From Thermococcus kodakarensis KOD1 (GTDB lineage Archaea > Methanobacteriota_B > Thermococci > Thermococcales > Thermococcaceae): a DNA stretch of 32,000 nt. This document shows, piece by piece, positions 20,184 through 28,620 of this stretch. The stretch spans positions 1 to 32,000 of the forward strand of contig NC_006624.1 in the NCBI RefSeq assembly GCF_000009965.1. The letters run 5' to 3'. Every line of letters starts with the position of its first letter. The first letter of the stretch is position 1. A program made the position numbers and the translations under genes. The notes beneath the pieces were generated by a model, which did not search any database, had not been told where the DNA came from, and was given only the letters and a program-made list of their open reading frames with translations.

Positions 20184-21187
20184 CAAATCACCCCCAAGGA
20201 GCCTTCCCTTTCAACCCTCTGCCCTTCGAGGGCCTTACTGCCGGCGACCCAGCCGAGGGCAGCTCCACCAACCATCACCAGTATTCCGAAGACCGGCGAT
20301 GTTGAGACCAATGCCCCGCCGAAGGCCGCTATCAGCGCCCCGACCCCTGCCCCTGCCAGGTATTCGGCTCTTCTGAACAGGTTCATCGGCTCGGTGGCAG
20401 CGACTGCCTTTCCATCCCAGCCCGCGAAGACCGTCTGGAATATCGAGTTGCTGTACCTGTAGTAGATTGTCCACAGAGGAAGGAGGATGAGCCTGACGTT
20501 CTCCGGTTCTGATGCGTGTATATCAAACCGCTCTATCCTGTCGGATTTCGCTAAAAAGCGGTTCCTTATCACGTCCACGGCGTCTTCCCTCATCATGAGC
20601 TTCGCGTGGAGCTCATCCATCTCCGTGTTGAGGATTTCGAGCTTTATTTTGCTCCAGCTCTCCTCGTCGAGGTCAAGGAGTTTTTTCTCCTTCGGCCTGC
20701 TCTTTGAGAAGTGCTTTACCATATCTTCAACGCCGAGGCTCTTTACTTGCCTCCTGGCCGAGCCGAGGAGTGAAAGGTTCTCGTTCACCCTCTCCGTGTA
20801 GTGCCTCTCGACCGTGTGGCAGTGGGTATTTCCTTTGGAATCCGTGTGGCACTCCTGCTCGCGCTTCATGTACCTTACAGTTCCCTCAACGTGCACCTTT
20901 CCTGCCCAGTAGGGGGCGTAGTGCCCTTCTATCCCGACTATCTGGATGTCATCCTTTATCCTTCTCAGGTCGAAGTCCTTCTCGACCCTCTTCCAGAAGG
21001 ATTGGGCTATCGCGTTCTTGTCGAGGGAGGGGACGATGTAGATGTTCTCGGTCTTTATGTTGCCACTTATATGGTTCGGATAACCGCAGTAGGGACAGAC
21101 CGCGATTATCGTTTCGGGAGAAACCTCAAGCGGCGCCCCACAGCGCTCACACCTAAAAGTGAACTCCTCCATGTTGACCACTCTCAT
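20183..21187 (-). CDS. Zinc-ribbon membrane protein with C-terminal glycine-rich TM region (YdjG-like architecture)
   Basis: N-terminal FRCERCGAPLEV...CPYCGYPN. C-terminal LAGAGVGALIAAFGGALVSTSPVFGILVMVGGAALGWVAG. The start is ATG at 21187 or 21172. Confidence 0.7.
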   Translation of the reverse strand: MRVVNMEEFTFRCERCGAPLEVSPETIIAVCPYCGYPNHISGNIKTENIYIVPSLDKNAIAQSFWKRVEKDFDLRRIKDDIQIVGIEGHYAPYWAGKVHVEGTVRYMKREQECHTDSKGNTHCHTVERHYTERVNENLSLLGSARRQVKSLGVEDMVKHFSKSRPKEKKLLDLDEESWSKIKLEILNTEMDELHAKLMMREDAVDVIRNRFLAKSDRIERFDIHASEPENVRLILLPLWTIYYRYSNSIFQTVFAGWDGKAVAATEPMNLFRRAEYLAGAGVGALIAAFGGALVSTSPVFGILVMVGGAALGWVAGSKALEGQRVEREGSLGVI

Positions 21188-21265
21188 AGTTAGTAAAGGA
21201 CTTTAGAGTTTTTAAGGATATTTTAAAAGAAAAACCGAGGCGTTATGACGACTGTTAAACTCCCA

Positions 21266-21919
21266 TTATAACATGCCTTTAACAAGCTCCACGAGCTCCC
21301 AGAGGTCTTTCACGTAGTAGTCTGCTCCTTCAACCTTTCCAAACCTGATCATGTTTACGGCATTAACTCCAGCCCCGTGAGCTGCTAGGACGTCGTTCGA
21401 ACTGTCGCCCACAACTATAGCCTCCTCTGGCCGGAGATTGAGCATTCTGAGCGCCTTTTGAATCAGATACGGATTGGGCTTCACCCCGTCGAGATTCGAG
21501 TAGTCCTTCCCGAGAACGAGGTCAAAGTACTTATTGAGGTCAAAGGCCCTCAGTACGAGGAGGGTGTTCCCAAGGGAGGCGTTGCTCACTGCCGCGAGCT
21601 TAAGGTTCAGTTTTTTCAGCTCTTCGAGTGCCAAAACGTCGGGAAAAGCCTTTATCTTCCTCTCGGCGAGCATTTTCTTCCGATATCTGTTATTCGCTGC
21701 GTCAATGATTTTCCACAGTTCCACCGGGTCTATGCCGAGTTTCTTCACGTAAGTCCTGGGGAGCTCCAGACGGGCGGTCTTGGAGTAGAGCTCGTAGTCA
21801 AGGTTTATTCCGTGTTTTTCAAGCTCCCGCTTTACCCACTCCTCGAACCATTTTTTTGGGTCGTAGCCCTCATAATAAACGAGTGTCTCGTCAACGTCGA
21901 AGATAACACCCCTCAGCAT
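21266..21919 (-). CDS. HAD-superfamily hydrolase (phosphatase, subfamily IA-like)
   Basis: Motif I is VIFDVDETLV (DxDxT), motif II is AAVSNAS and motifs III/IV are K...VGDSSNDV. 217 aa. Confidence 0.85.
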   Translation of the reverse strand: MLRGVIFDVDETLVYYEGYDPKKWFEEWVKRELEKHGINLDYELYSKTARLELPRTYVKKLGIDPVELWKIIDAANNRYRKKMLAERKIKAFPDVLALEELKKLNLKLAAVSNASLGNTLLVLRAFDLNKYFDLVLGKDYSNLDGVKPNPYLIQKALRMLNLRPEEAIVVGDSSNDVLAAHGAGVNAVNMIRFGKVEGADYYVKDLWELVELVKGML

Positions 21920-22569
21920 TTCAGCTCACCGAGCTTGTCCTTAATCTCAACGGGAAGGCTATCGTAGACCTCTTTTAGGGCCTCTATCAAGTCCTTCAGC
22001 TCTTTGGCGGTCAGCGTTGTTGTCTTCGGGCCGATTTCAAGGATGAGGGCATCGTACTCCCCAGGTGAGACCTCCTCAAGCTCATCCAGATGTTCGCTCC
22101 TCCGCGGGATGATGTTCACCTCACCTATCATTCTGCCCTCCCGTATGTGGGCTTCCCGTTCCTCTATGGGGACTTCCTTGGGACAGTCGTAGCGCTCGAC
22201 GAATATCTTTATGTCCACCACGGGCGTTCCGTCGTGAGCATCAATCCAATCAATATAGAGCCTGTTTTCATCTATTCTGTGTACCCTGACTGTGTAGAGT
22301 GCTATCGGGTTCGGTCTGTACGGTGAGCGCGTCGCGAAAACCCCAGTGAGCGGGTTCTTTGGGTTGCCGTAGGGATGAACCTTAAGAACCCTCCGCCTGG
22401 CAGGGGTGTCGCTCTCGTGGAACCACAGGACGAGCTTTATCCAGTCCCCCTCACGGAGACCATCAATGGCCCCTCTGAACTCGGGAAGGATTTCAATGAA
22501 CGTCTCATGAAGCTCCTCGTCCTTTCTCACGTAGCCGAGGGGGACTATTTTGAGGGGCTCGAACTCCAT
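21913..22569 (-). CDS. trmO: TsaA/YaeB-family tRNA methyltransferase TrmO-like protein
   Basis: GYVRKDEE...ILPEFRGAIDGLREGDWIKLVLWFH...TGVFATRSPYRPNPIALYTVRV...IDAHDGTPVVDIK are the conserved UPF0066/TrmO blocks. GAGGTGGGAG RBS. The protein carries an extra C-terminal domain. Confidence 0.8.
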   Translation of the reverse strand: MEFEPLKIVPLGYVRKDEELHETFIEILPEFRGAIDGLREGDWIKLVLWFHESDTPARRRVLKVHPYGNPKNPLTGVFATRSPYRPNPIALYTVRVHRIDENRLYIDWIDAHDGTPVVDIKIFVERYDCPKEVPIEEREAHIREGRMIGEVNIIPRRSEHLDELEEVSPGEYDALILEIGPKTTTLTAKELKDLIEALKEVYDSLPVEIKDKLGELKC

Positions 22570-22596
22570 ACTCCCACCTCAAAAATGGAAAGGGAG

Positions 22597-23862
22597 TCAG
22601 GTGCCGTGCTCCCAGCTTTCCAGATATTTCTTTTGCTCTTCTGTGAGTTCCTCAATTTTTATCCCCATCGAGGCGAGCTTTATCCTCGCCACCATCTCGT
22701 CTATCTCCCTCGGAAGAACGTAGACCTTCGGCTCAAGCCTTCCGCGGTTCTCCTTGATGTACTCAGCGGCTTTCGCCTGGAGCGCGAAGCTCATGTCCAT
22801 TATCTCCGCTGGATGACCGTCGGCAGCGGCTAGATTCACAAGCCTGCCCTCAGCCAGGAGGTAGAGCCTCCTCCCGTCTGCCATTTTGTACTCTGTGATG
22901 TTCGGCCTTGGCTCGCTTATCTCAACTGCGAGGGCCTCAAGGTCAGGCTTTGAAATCTCGACATCGAAGTGGCCGGCGTTGGCGAGAATAGCTCCGTCCT
23001 TCATGAGCTCGAAGTGCTCCTTCCTTATGCAGTTGATGTCTCCGGTGGCAGTTATGAAGATGTCCCCTACCTTCGCCGCCTCCATCATGTCCATGACGAG
23101 GAATCCGTCCATTCTGGCTTCTAGAGCCCTTATTGGGTCAACCTCAACGACGATAACGGTCGCTCCAAGTCCCCTCGCGCGCATTGCTATGCCCCTGCCG
23201 CACCAGCCATAGCCGACAACAACGACGTTCTTTCCAGCGACGAGGAGGTTAGTAGTCCTTATGATGCCGTCCCAGGTGGACTGACCGGTTCCATAGCGGT
23301 TGTCGAAGAGGTATTTGGTGTAGGAATCGTTGACCGCTATGATCGGGAACTTGAGGACGCCATCCTTCTCCATGGCACGGAGCCTTATGACGCCGGTTGT
23401 GGTTTCCTCGCTTGCCCCCCATATTTCGGGAATCAGCTCCTGCCTCTCCTTCAAAACCGTGCTCACCATATCCGCTCCGTCGTCTATGATGATGTTCGGT
23501 TTTACGTCGAGGGCCTTGTGCATGAACTCGTAGTACTGCTCCCTGTCCTCTCCCCTTATAGCGTAGACCTTGACCCCCGCCTTTGCCAGAGCGGCAACTA
23601 CATCGTCCTGGGTGGAGAGTGGGTTGCTGGCAGCTGCCGAAACCTCGGCTCCAGCCGCTTTCAGCGTCAGAAGCAGAAAGGCAGTCTTCATCTCAAGGTG
23701 TAGAGTCGCTGCTATCCTAACGCCCTTAAACGGTTTCCTCTCTTCAAAGTCCTTCCTGATGTGCTGGAGAACCGGCATGAAGCGGGAGACCCAGTCTATC
23801 TTCTTCTCCCCGCTCGGTGCCAGGGAGATGTCCTTAACGCAGTAATCCTTCGTGCAGTCCAT
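22597..23862 (-). CDS. ahcY: S-adenosyl-L-homocysteine hydrolase
   Basis: 421 aa from [15 protein letters not shown]. Motifs HLEMKTA, NAD site [12 protein letters not shown], and [12 protein letters not shown] are present. The 532-aa track ORF is an upstream over-extension. Confidence 0.93.
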   Translation of the reverse strand: MDCTKDYCVKDISLAPSGEKKIDWVSRFMPVLQHIRKDFEERKPFKGVRIAATLHLEMKTAFLLLTLKAAGAEVSAAASNPLSTQDDVVAALAKAGVKVYAIRGEDREQYYEFMHKALDVKPNIIIDDGADMVSTVLKERQELIPEIWGASEETTTGVIRLRAMEKDGVLKFPIIAVNDSYTKYLFDNRYGTGQSTWDGIIRTTNLLVAGKNVVVVGYGWCGRGIAMRARGLGATVIVVEVDPIRALEARMDGFLVMDMMEAAKVGDIFITATGDINCIRKEHFELMKDGAILANAGHFDVEISKPDLEALAVEISEPRPNITEYKMADGRRLYLLAEGRLVNLAAADGHPAEIMDMSFALQAKAAEYIKENRGRLEPKVYVLPREIDEMVARIKLASMGIKIEELTEEQKKYLESWEHGT

Positions 23863-23955
23863 AAACTTCACCGCCCTTAACTCAACGGAGGAGCTTAAAA
23901 GCCTCTCCCCGGGAAGGTTTATCTGCTTTGAAAACAATCCCCTTTGGTGAAAACG

Positions 23956-24834
23956 ATGGGAGTTAGAAAGCTCGGAGACAGCGCTTACCTCTACCCAGGA
24001 AGTCCCTCGACTCTTATTCGGATTCATGAGGGAAATGCCGTCCTCGTTGATCCCGGCCACGGAAGCGGGAGGCACAAGGACCTGAGGAGGGAAGTCGGGA
24101 AGCTCGGACTTGAGGTAAATCTCCAGCTCGCAACCCACGGGCACGCCGACCACGTCTCGGTATGTCCAAAGATCGACGCTCCCCTCCTCACCCATCGCTT
24201 TGAGTTCTCAATAGCTGAAAGCCCTCTCAACAGGGAGATTCTGACATTTGGCTCAAAGGCTCCAGAGGGGTTTCTGGCCTATGCTTTTCCGGAGGAAGTA
24301 AAAGTTCACGGAGTTTTTGAGTGGGGCGATGAAATAGCCGGCTTAAAGGCAGTTCAGCTCAACGGCCACTCCCCTGGCATGACGGGCTTTTTAGATGAGG
24401 AGAACGGCTTAATTTACGCTGGGGACTCCTTCTTCGGCGAGAGGCTCCTCCAGTCGGTTGGCCTGCCGTACCTCGTGGATGTTGGACTTTTCTGGAAGTC
24501 CCTTGAGACTCTGCGAGAGTATGCAGGCTCAGGCTACCTCCTGATACCATCCCACGGAAAATCAGTCTCGGGTGAAGAAGCCATTGAAACTCTCGAATTC
24601 AATATCAAACGAGTCGAAGACTCTGAGAAGCTTGCCTTGGAGTTCCTCAGAGAACCTCTGACAGTTGACGAGCTTGCTTTCAGGATCATGCGCGCTTTGG
24701 GCGTTGAGCTTACTCCCAAGAAGCTTGCCCTGAACCTTGTGCCTGTGAGGGCCCTAATAGCAGAACTCTACAACAGGGGAGAACTTGAAGCGGTCGTTGA
24801 GAACGGCCTCAAATGGGTTCGGCGGAAGGAATAG
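23956..24834 (+). CDS. Metallo-beta-lactamase fold hydrolase
   Basis: HxHxDH motif (ATHGHADHV) after VLVDPGHG, with a later GHSPG. The likely start is the ATG at 23956 after GGTGA. Confidence 0.8.
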   Translation: MGVRKLGDSAYLYPGSPSTLIRIHEGNAVLVDPGHGSGRHKDLRREVGKLGLEVNLQLATHGHADHVSVCPKIDAPLLTHRFEFSIAESPLNREILTFGSKAPEGFLAYAFPEEVKVHGVFEWGDEIAGLKAVQLNGHSPGMTGFLDEENGLIYAGDSFFGERLLQSVGLPYLVDVGLFWKSLETLREYAGSGYLLIPSHGKSVSGEEAIETLEFNIKRVEDSEKLALEFLREPLTVDELAFRIMRALGVELTPKKLALNLVPVRALIAELYNRGELEAVVENGLKWVRRKE

Positions 24835-24881
24835 TCCGAAAAGGTTTATATGGATTAGCTCAAAATTTCAGTGGTGGGTCT

Positions 24882-25451
24882 ATGATAGTTGACCTTTCCC
24901 TTTCCCTCAATGAGGAGACGCCAGTTTATCCCGGCGACCCGGAGATAAAGGTTCGTCCGTGGGCTTTCATAGATACTGACGGCTACTACATGAACGTCAT
25001 AAAGATGGGAGAGCACTCAGGAACGCATGTGGATGCCCCAGCCCACTTTGTTCCCGGCGGAAAGACCGTGGATGAGCTTCCACTCGATAAGTTCATCGGC
25101 AAAGCTTTTGTCATCGATGTACGTGGTGGGGAGGGCCCTGTCAGGCTTGAAGAAATCCCCGACTCTGGCTATTACGGCAAGATAGTCCTGTTCCTCACCG
25201 GCGGCAGGGAGCTTTCCCCGGAGGTTGCCCTCTTCCTCGTTGCCGAGGGAGTTAAGGCCGTTGGAACCGACCACATGACGATAGGGGACGAGACGACCCA
25301 TACAATCTTTCTCTCAGAGGAAATTCCAATCTTCGAGAACTTGGCAAACCTTGAAGAAGTCCTTGGAAGGGAGTTCACGTTCATAGCGTTCCCGCTGAAG
25401 ATAGAAGGTGGCTCAGGAAGTCCAGTCAGGGCCGTTGCCATTCTCGGTTGA
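24882..25451 (+). CDS. Cyclase-family protein (kynurenine formamidase-like)
   Basis: The HSGTHVDAPAHF motif and overall length are typical of the putative cyclase family. The ATG at 24882 is preceded by GGTGGTGGG and an upstream TTTATAT element. Confidence 0.8.
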   Translation: MIVDLSLSLNEETPVYPGDPEIKVRPWAFIDTDGYYMNVIKMGEHSGTHVDAPAHFVPGGKTVDELPLDKFIGKAFVIDVRGGEGPVRLEEIPDSGYYGKIVLFLTGGRELSPEVALFLVAEGVKAVGTDHMTIGDETTHTIFLSEEIPIFENLANLEEVLGREFTFIAFPLKIEGGSGSPVRAVAILG

Positions 25452-25811
25452 TTTAGAGGCATACTTCCTCCGAGCTTTCTTCTCCCTCAGGTATGGATAG
25501 CGCATTATGTTGCCGCAGTTCAGACACGTTATAACGACGTGGGGATAGGGCTTGTCCCTGAGTCTAACCCTCGCGTTCACACCCGGGACGAGGAAGGAGT
25601 GGCATTTCTTGCAGTAGCGCCTTTTCCATTTCCTCGGCATCCTTATCTTGGCCTTCTGTTGAACAGAAAGGGCTATTTCCACGTACCTGTTGGCCAGCTC
25701 TGGCGAATACGGGAAGACCCTCTCCGCGAGTGTGAAAAGGGTTTCCACCCTCTCGCGGGCTATCCTCTTCTTTTCCCTCTGCTCCTTTCTCCTGATGTCT
25801 TTTTTCCCCAT
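25413..25811 (-). CDS. rnp4: RNase P protein component 4 (Rpp21 homologue)
   Basis: Basic N-terminal helices (RRKEQREKKRIARERVETLF), then zinc ribbon CKKCHSFLVPGVNARVRL...ITCLNCGNIMRYPY. The ATG lies 1 nt after the upstream stop and follows GGTGGTAG. Confidence 0.88.
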   Translation of the reverse strand: MGKKDIRRKEQREKKRIARERVETLFTLAERVFPYSPELANRYVEIALSVQQKAKIRMPRKWKRRYCKKCHSFLVPGVNARVRLRDKPYPHVVITCLNCGNIMRYPYLREKKARRKYASKSTENGNGPDWTS

Positions 25812-25812
25812 G

Positions 25813-27315
25813 CTACCACCTTATTAGCCTGAGCTTACCCTGGAGAGGTTCGTAAAGGTAGCCCTCGCGGAGGAGGTTATCTACTATCTCCTCGGCCTTA
25901 CCCTTAGCAATCCCGTACTCTACAAGTGCACTTATGAACTCTTCCCTCGAAACTGTGCCGTCCTTCCTCGTTGCCTCTAGGTCAGCAAAGATTCCGAGTG
26001 CCCTGCCGGCGAGCTTATCACTCCCGACGTACCGCTCATATTCCCTCACAAGCCTCAGCTTCTCCCTTTCGGGGAGTTCGTTTACCCAGAGGTCGGTGAG
26101 TTCCTGGTAAATCCCGATTAGGTCAGTTATCAGCGGCTTTGAGAGCCGTCCCTCCAGACGGGCCATTGAACCCAACAGCCTCGCTCCCAGACGGTAGCGC
26201 AGGTTCGCGTTGAAGACCTTCCCGGAGAGGGTGAGCGCATCGAACAGCTCGCCGTACTCCCGTCTGTTCTTTGCGAGAAAACTCTCAAATTTTCTTCCAT
26301 AATCCTTAAGCTCCCAGGGGTTTAGGGTACCGAGCCTTTCCCTGGCGAGCATTACGGTAACTATCAGGTTTGGGATCAGCTCCTCAAGCTCCCTGTTTTT
26401 TTCATAACTTACTGGCTCTGTCAGGACAAACGGCGTTTCAGCCAACAGCGCTGCTTCATCCTCGGGTCTTATCCCTGCTCTCGGCGTAAGGAAAGTTGCC
26501 TCCTTTTTCTCAAAGGTTTTCAGAGCCCACTTCGGGACTGGAACTTCACTTTCTAGCAGGGTCTTGTTGTGGGGGACATAGTAAAGGGGGCCCGCTCTTG
26601 ATGGCCGCGTGAACCTGAAGTCTATTCCGAGAAGTCCGTCGTCCTTAACTTCTCCCCATCTGTCCCTCCGCAACTGCATCTCCCAAGGAAGAAGAGAGTA
26701 GATGTATTTTAGAGCCTCCCACAGGGAAAGCGTGACGTTCTTTGAGCCATCGAGTCCTTTGAACCCTGAAAGTGTGAACCCATCAAGCCAGTTCGTACCC
26801 ACCACAAAAGGTGCTGTAAGGATGGAATACATAATTGCCCTCTCTAACTCGTAGCTGGCGTAGATAGTATCCGAGACTAAGTTCTCAAGTTCGCTTTTTG
26901 ACAGCGCCAGCGAACGGTAGTCCTTCCAGTATTCGGAGTAGTCAGCAGGCGATATTCTCCTCGCGTGGAGCAGTCTCAGAGTTCCGAAAGGATAAGCGTC
27001 GAGTATTCCCTCAGCCTCTACGTATTCACCAGGTTGTATCCTTGCGTCTATTCTTGTGTCCTCGTTTATCTTGACGACGAGGTAAGCCCTGGGTTCGCGG
27101 TAGCTTTTCATCTCGGAGGGAGCGAGTGGAGAGAGCAGGTAGTAAATCCCGTCTCTGGGCGCGTTTGGAGGTTTTCTCAGAATAATGAATCCTCTAACTC
27201 TGATATCCTCTCCATTTTTGGTCCTTTGCAGGGTTTTAAGGAAGTCTTTAACCTTTCTTTCAGGGGTTAATGCGGGCTTTCTCTCAAGGTGAATTAGTTT
27301 TATGAGCTCCTCCAT
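25813..27315 (-). CDS. MCM-like OB-fold plus C-terminal winged-helix protein lacking any P-loop (function unknown)
   Basis: About 500 aa from MEELIKLIHLERK. The OB-like region IRVRGFII...RIDARIQPGEYVEAEGIL resembles the MCM N-terminal domain. LVSDTIYASYELERAIMYSILTAPFVVG resembles the pre-Walker A segment of MCM, but there is no GxxxxGK[ST] anywhere. The C-terminal EEFISALVEYGIAKGKAEEIVDNLLREGYLYE is wHTH-like. The track ORF extension to 27396 overlaps the 5S gene and promoter. Confidence 0.45.
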   Translation of the reverse strand: MEELIKLIHLERKPALTPERKVKDFLKTLQRTKNGEDIRVRGFIILRKPPNAPRDGIYYLLSPLAPSEMKSYREPRAYLVVKINEDTRIDARIQPGEYVEAEGILDAYPFGTLRLLHARRISPADYSEYWKDYRSLALSKSELENLVSDTIYASYELERAIMYSILTAPFVVGTNWLDGFTLSGFKGLDGSKNVTLSLWEALKYIYSLLPWEMQLRRDRWGEVKDDGLLGIDFRFTRPSRAGPLYYVPHNKTLLESEVPVPKWALKTFEKKEATFLTPRAGIRPEDEAALLAETPFVLTEPVSYEKNRELEELIPNLIVTVMLARERLGTLNPWELKDYGRKFESFLAKNRREYGELFDALTLSGKVFNANLRYRLGARLLGSMARLEGRLSKPLITDLIGIYQELTDLWVNELPEREKLRLVREYERYVGSDKLAGRALGIFADLEATRKDGTVSREEFISALVEYGIAKGKAEEIVDNLLREGYLYEPLQGKLRLIRW

Positions 27316-27337
27316 CGTGACTCGCTTGACCGTAAAG

Positions 27338-27345
27338 TTTATAAA
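27338..27345. promoter_or_regulatory. Symmetric TATA box (TTTATAAA), candidate bidirectional promoter core
   Basis: The centre at about 27341.5 is about 26 nt from the 5S rRNA 5' end (27367) and about 26 nt from the divergent ATG (27315). This matches the archaeal TATA-to-TSS distance on both strands. Confidence 0.45.
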
Positions 27346-27366
27346 GTCATCTTTGGAGCAATACTC

Positions 27367-27492
27367 GGTACGGCGGCCATAGCGGCGGGGCCACACCCGG
27401 TCTCGTTTCGACCCCGGAAGTTAAGCCCGCCAGCGTTCCCGGGTGTACTGCCCTCCGAGAGGGGGCGGGAAACCGGGAACGCCGCCGGCCAC
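27367..27492 (+). rRNA. 5S ribosomal RNA (stand-alone copy)
   Basis: GGTACGGCGGCCATAGCGGCGGGGCCACACCCGGTCTCGTTTCGACCCCGGAAGTTAAGCCCGCCAGCGTTCCCGGGTGTACTGCCCTCCGAGAGGGGGCGGGAAACCGGGAACGCCGCCGGCCAC closely matches my recollection of Thermococcales 5S rRNA. The 5' and 3' ends are complementary (helix I). GC-rich island in an AT-rich spacer. Confidence 0.93.
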
Positions 27493-27564
27493 TAACCTTC
27501 TGTCGTAATTATCTACACAAAAGCTATTTAAATTTTGAAACGTTACTGTTTCTGGTCGGTTGTT

Positions 27565-28620
27565 ATGCTCGGCAAATCCAAGGGGGGCAAGGGGGATTGG
27601 GATTACATAGTTCAGAATCATCCGGAGATAATTGAGGAACTGAAGAGTTTACACAATTGGGACGAGATTAAGTCGATTATTCCCGAGGCGGAAAACCTAG
27701 GAGCTTATCATCTGATATCCCTCCAGGCCATAGCCGCCCTTATCCGGGAGCTTAAAATTCAGAGGGGGCACCTTAGTGAGAGAATAGAGAGGCTGTCCTC
27801 TAATCTTGACTACTTCCACAGCACCCAGCGGGAGCAGAATACTTCTTTTGAAAAGCGCCTGAAGGAGCTTGAGGACAGGATTTCCACCCTGGAACAGAGA
27901 ACCCTCTTTATGGACAGCGTGGAGGCGATAATTCCCCGCATGAACGAGCTTGAGGAGAAGCTTGAGGGGCTTCCTGCTGAGCTCTATAAAAGGCTGGAGG
28001 GCGCCTATTCTCAGAAGCTTGATGAGGAAATGAGGAAGATAGTTGCCGAAAAGGTTGAGGAGCTTAAGAAGGAGCTAGAGCAGGAGACGCTCTCGGTGGG
28101 TGTTGAACTTGCAAGAACACTCAAAGAGATTCAGGAGCACTACGAACGGCTCGTCCAGGAAAACGTCAAGTTGAAGGGCCTTGCCAGGGAAAATGAAGCC
28201 CTGAAAAGAGAGCTGCTCGAAAAGGAGAGGGAGCTTGAGGAACTGAGAAAGAGACTGGCATTGATGGATGAAATGACCATGCGGGTTGAGAAGCTGGGAG
28301 AAAAGATTAACGCCTATGAGGTCCAGCTTAGGAAAATGAAGGCAGTTGAAAAGCAGCTGCTTGAGATTACCGGTGCCAGGGATGTTTCTTCTGCCATTGA
28401 GATAATCAAGAAGGAATTCATTCCGCGCTCGAAGTTTGAGAAGATTCTGGGAGAGGTAAAGGCGGCAGTGGCGGAGATGGACGTTTTAAAGGAGGAAAAC
28501 GAGAGACTGCGTAGGGAGAATGAAAAGCTCAAAGATGCCCTTAAGATGCTCCTCCAGGAGAGGACTTCGAGCGAGAACACTGAGCAGGAATCACTCCTTC
28601 TCAAGGAGGAGGAGTCTTGA
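27565..28620 (+). CDS. Long coiled-coil protein, function unknown
   Basis: About 351 aa. After a roughly 60-aa head the sequence is E/K/L-rich heptad repeats (LKELEDRISTLEQ, LKGLARENEALKRELLEKERELEELRKRL, LKEENERLRRENEKLKDALK). CTATTTAAATTTT TATA element at 27524-27536, about 30-40 nt upstream of the ATG. Confidence 0.65.
   Translation: MLGKSKGGKGDWDYIVQNHPEIIEELKSLHNWDEIKSIIPEAENLGAYHLISLQAIAALIRELKIQRGHLSERIERLSSNLDYFHSTQREQNTSFEKRLKELEDRISTLEQRTLFMDSVEAIIPRMNELEEKLEGLPAELYKRLEGAYSQKLDEEMRKIVAEKVEELKKELEQETLSVGVELARTLKEIQEHYERLVQENVKLKGLARENEALKRELLEKERELEELRKRLALMDEMTMRVEKLGEKINAYEVQLRKMKAVEKQLLEITGARDVSSAIEIIKKEFIPRSKFEKILGEVKAAVAEMDVLKEENERLRRENEKLKDALKMLLQERTSSENTEQESLLLKEEES

Noticed and set aside
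20061-21193. Several plus-strand ORFs (82-150 aa) rich in P/R/S/A
   Set aside because: They are antisense to the zinc-ribbon membrane protein genes, have no RBS or motifs, and show the composition of reverse-frame artefacts.
23863-24195. N-terminal 111-aa extension of the AhcY ORF (the 532-aa version in the ORF track)
   Set aside because: AhcY homologues start at about MDCTKDY. The extension runs antisense through the divergent MBL hydrolase gene and the promoter spacer, so the start at 23862 is preferred.
27316-27621. N-terminal extension of the MCM-like ORF to 27396, and the 66-aa minus ORF at 27421-27621
   Set aside because: Both are antisense to the 5S rRNA gene or its promoter. The 5S identification is much stronger than either ORF.
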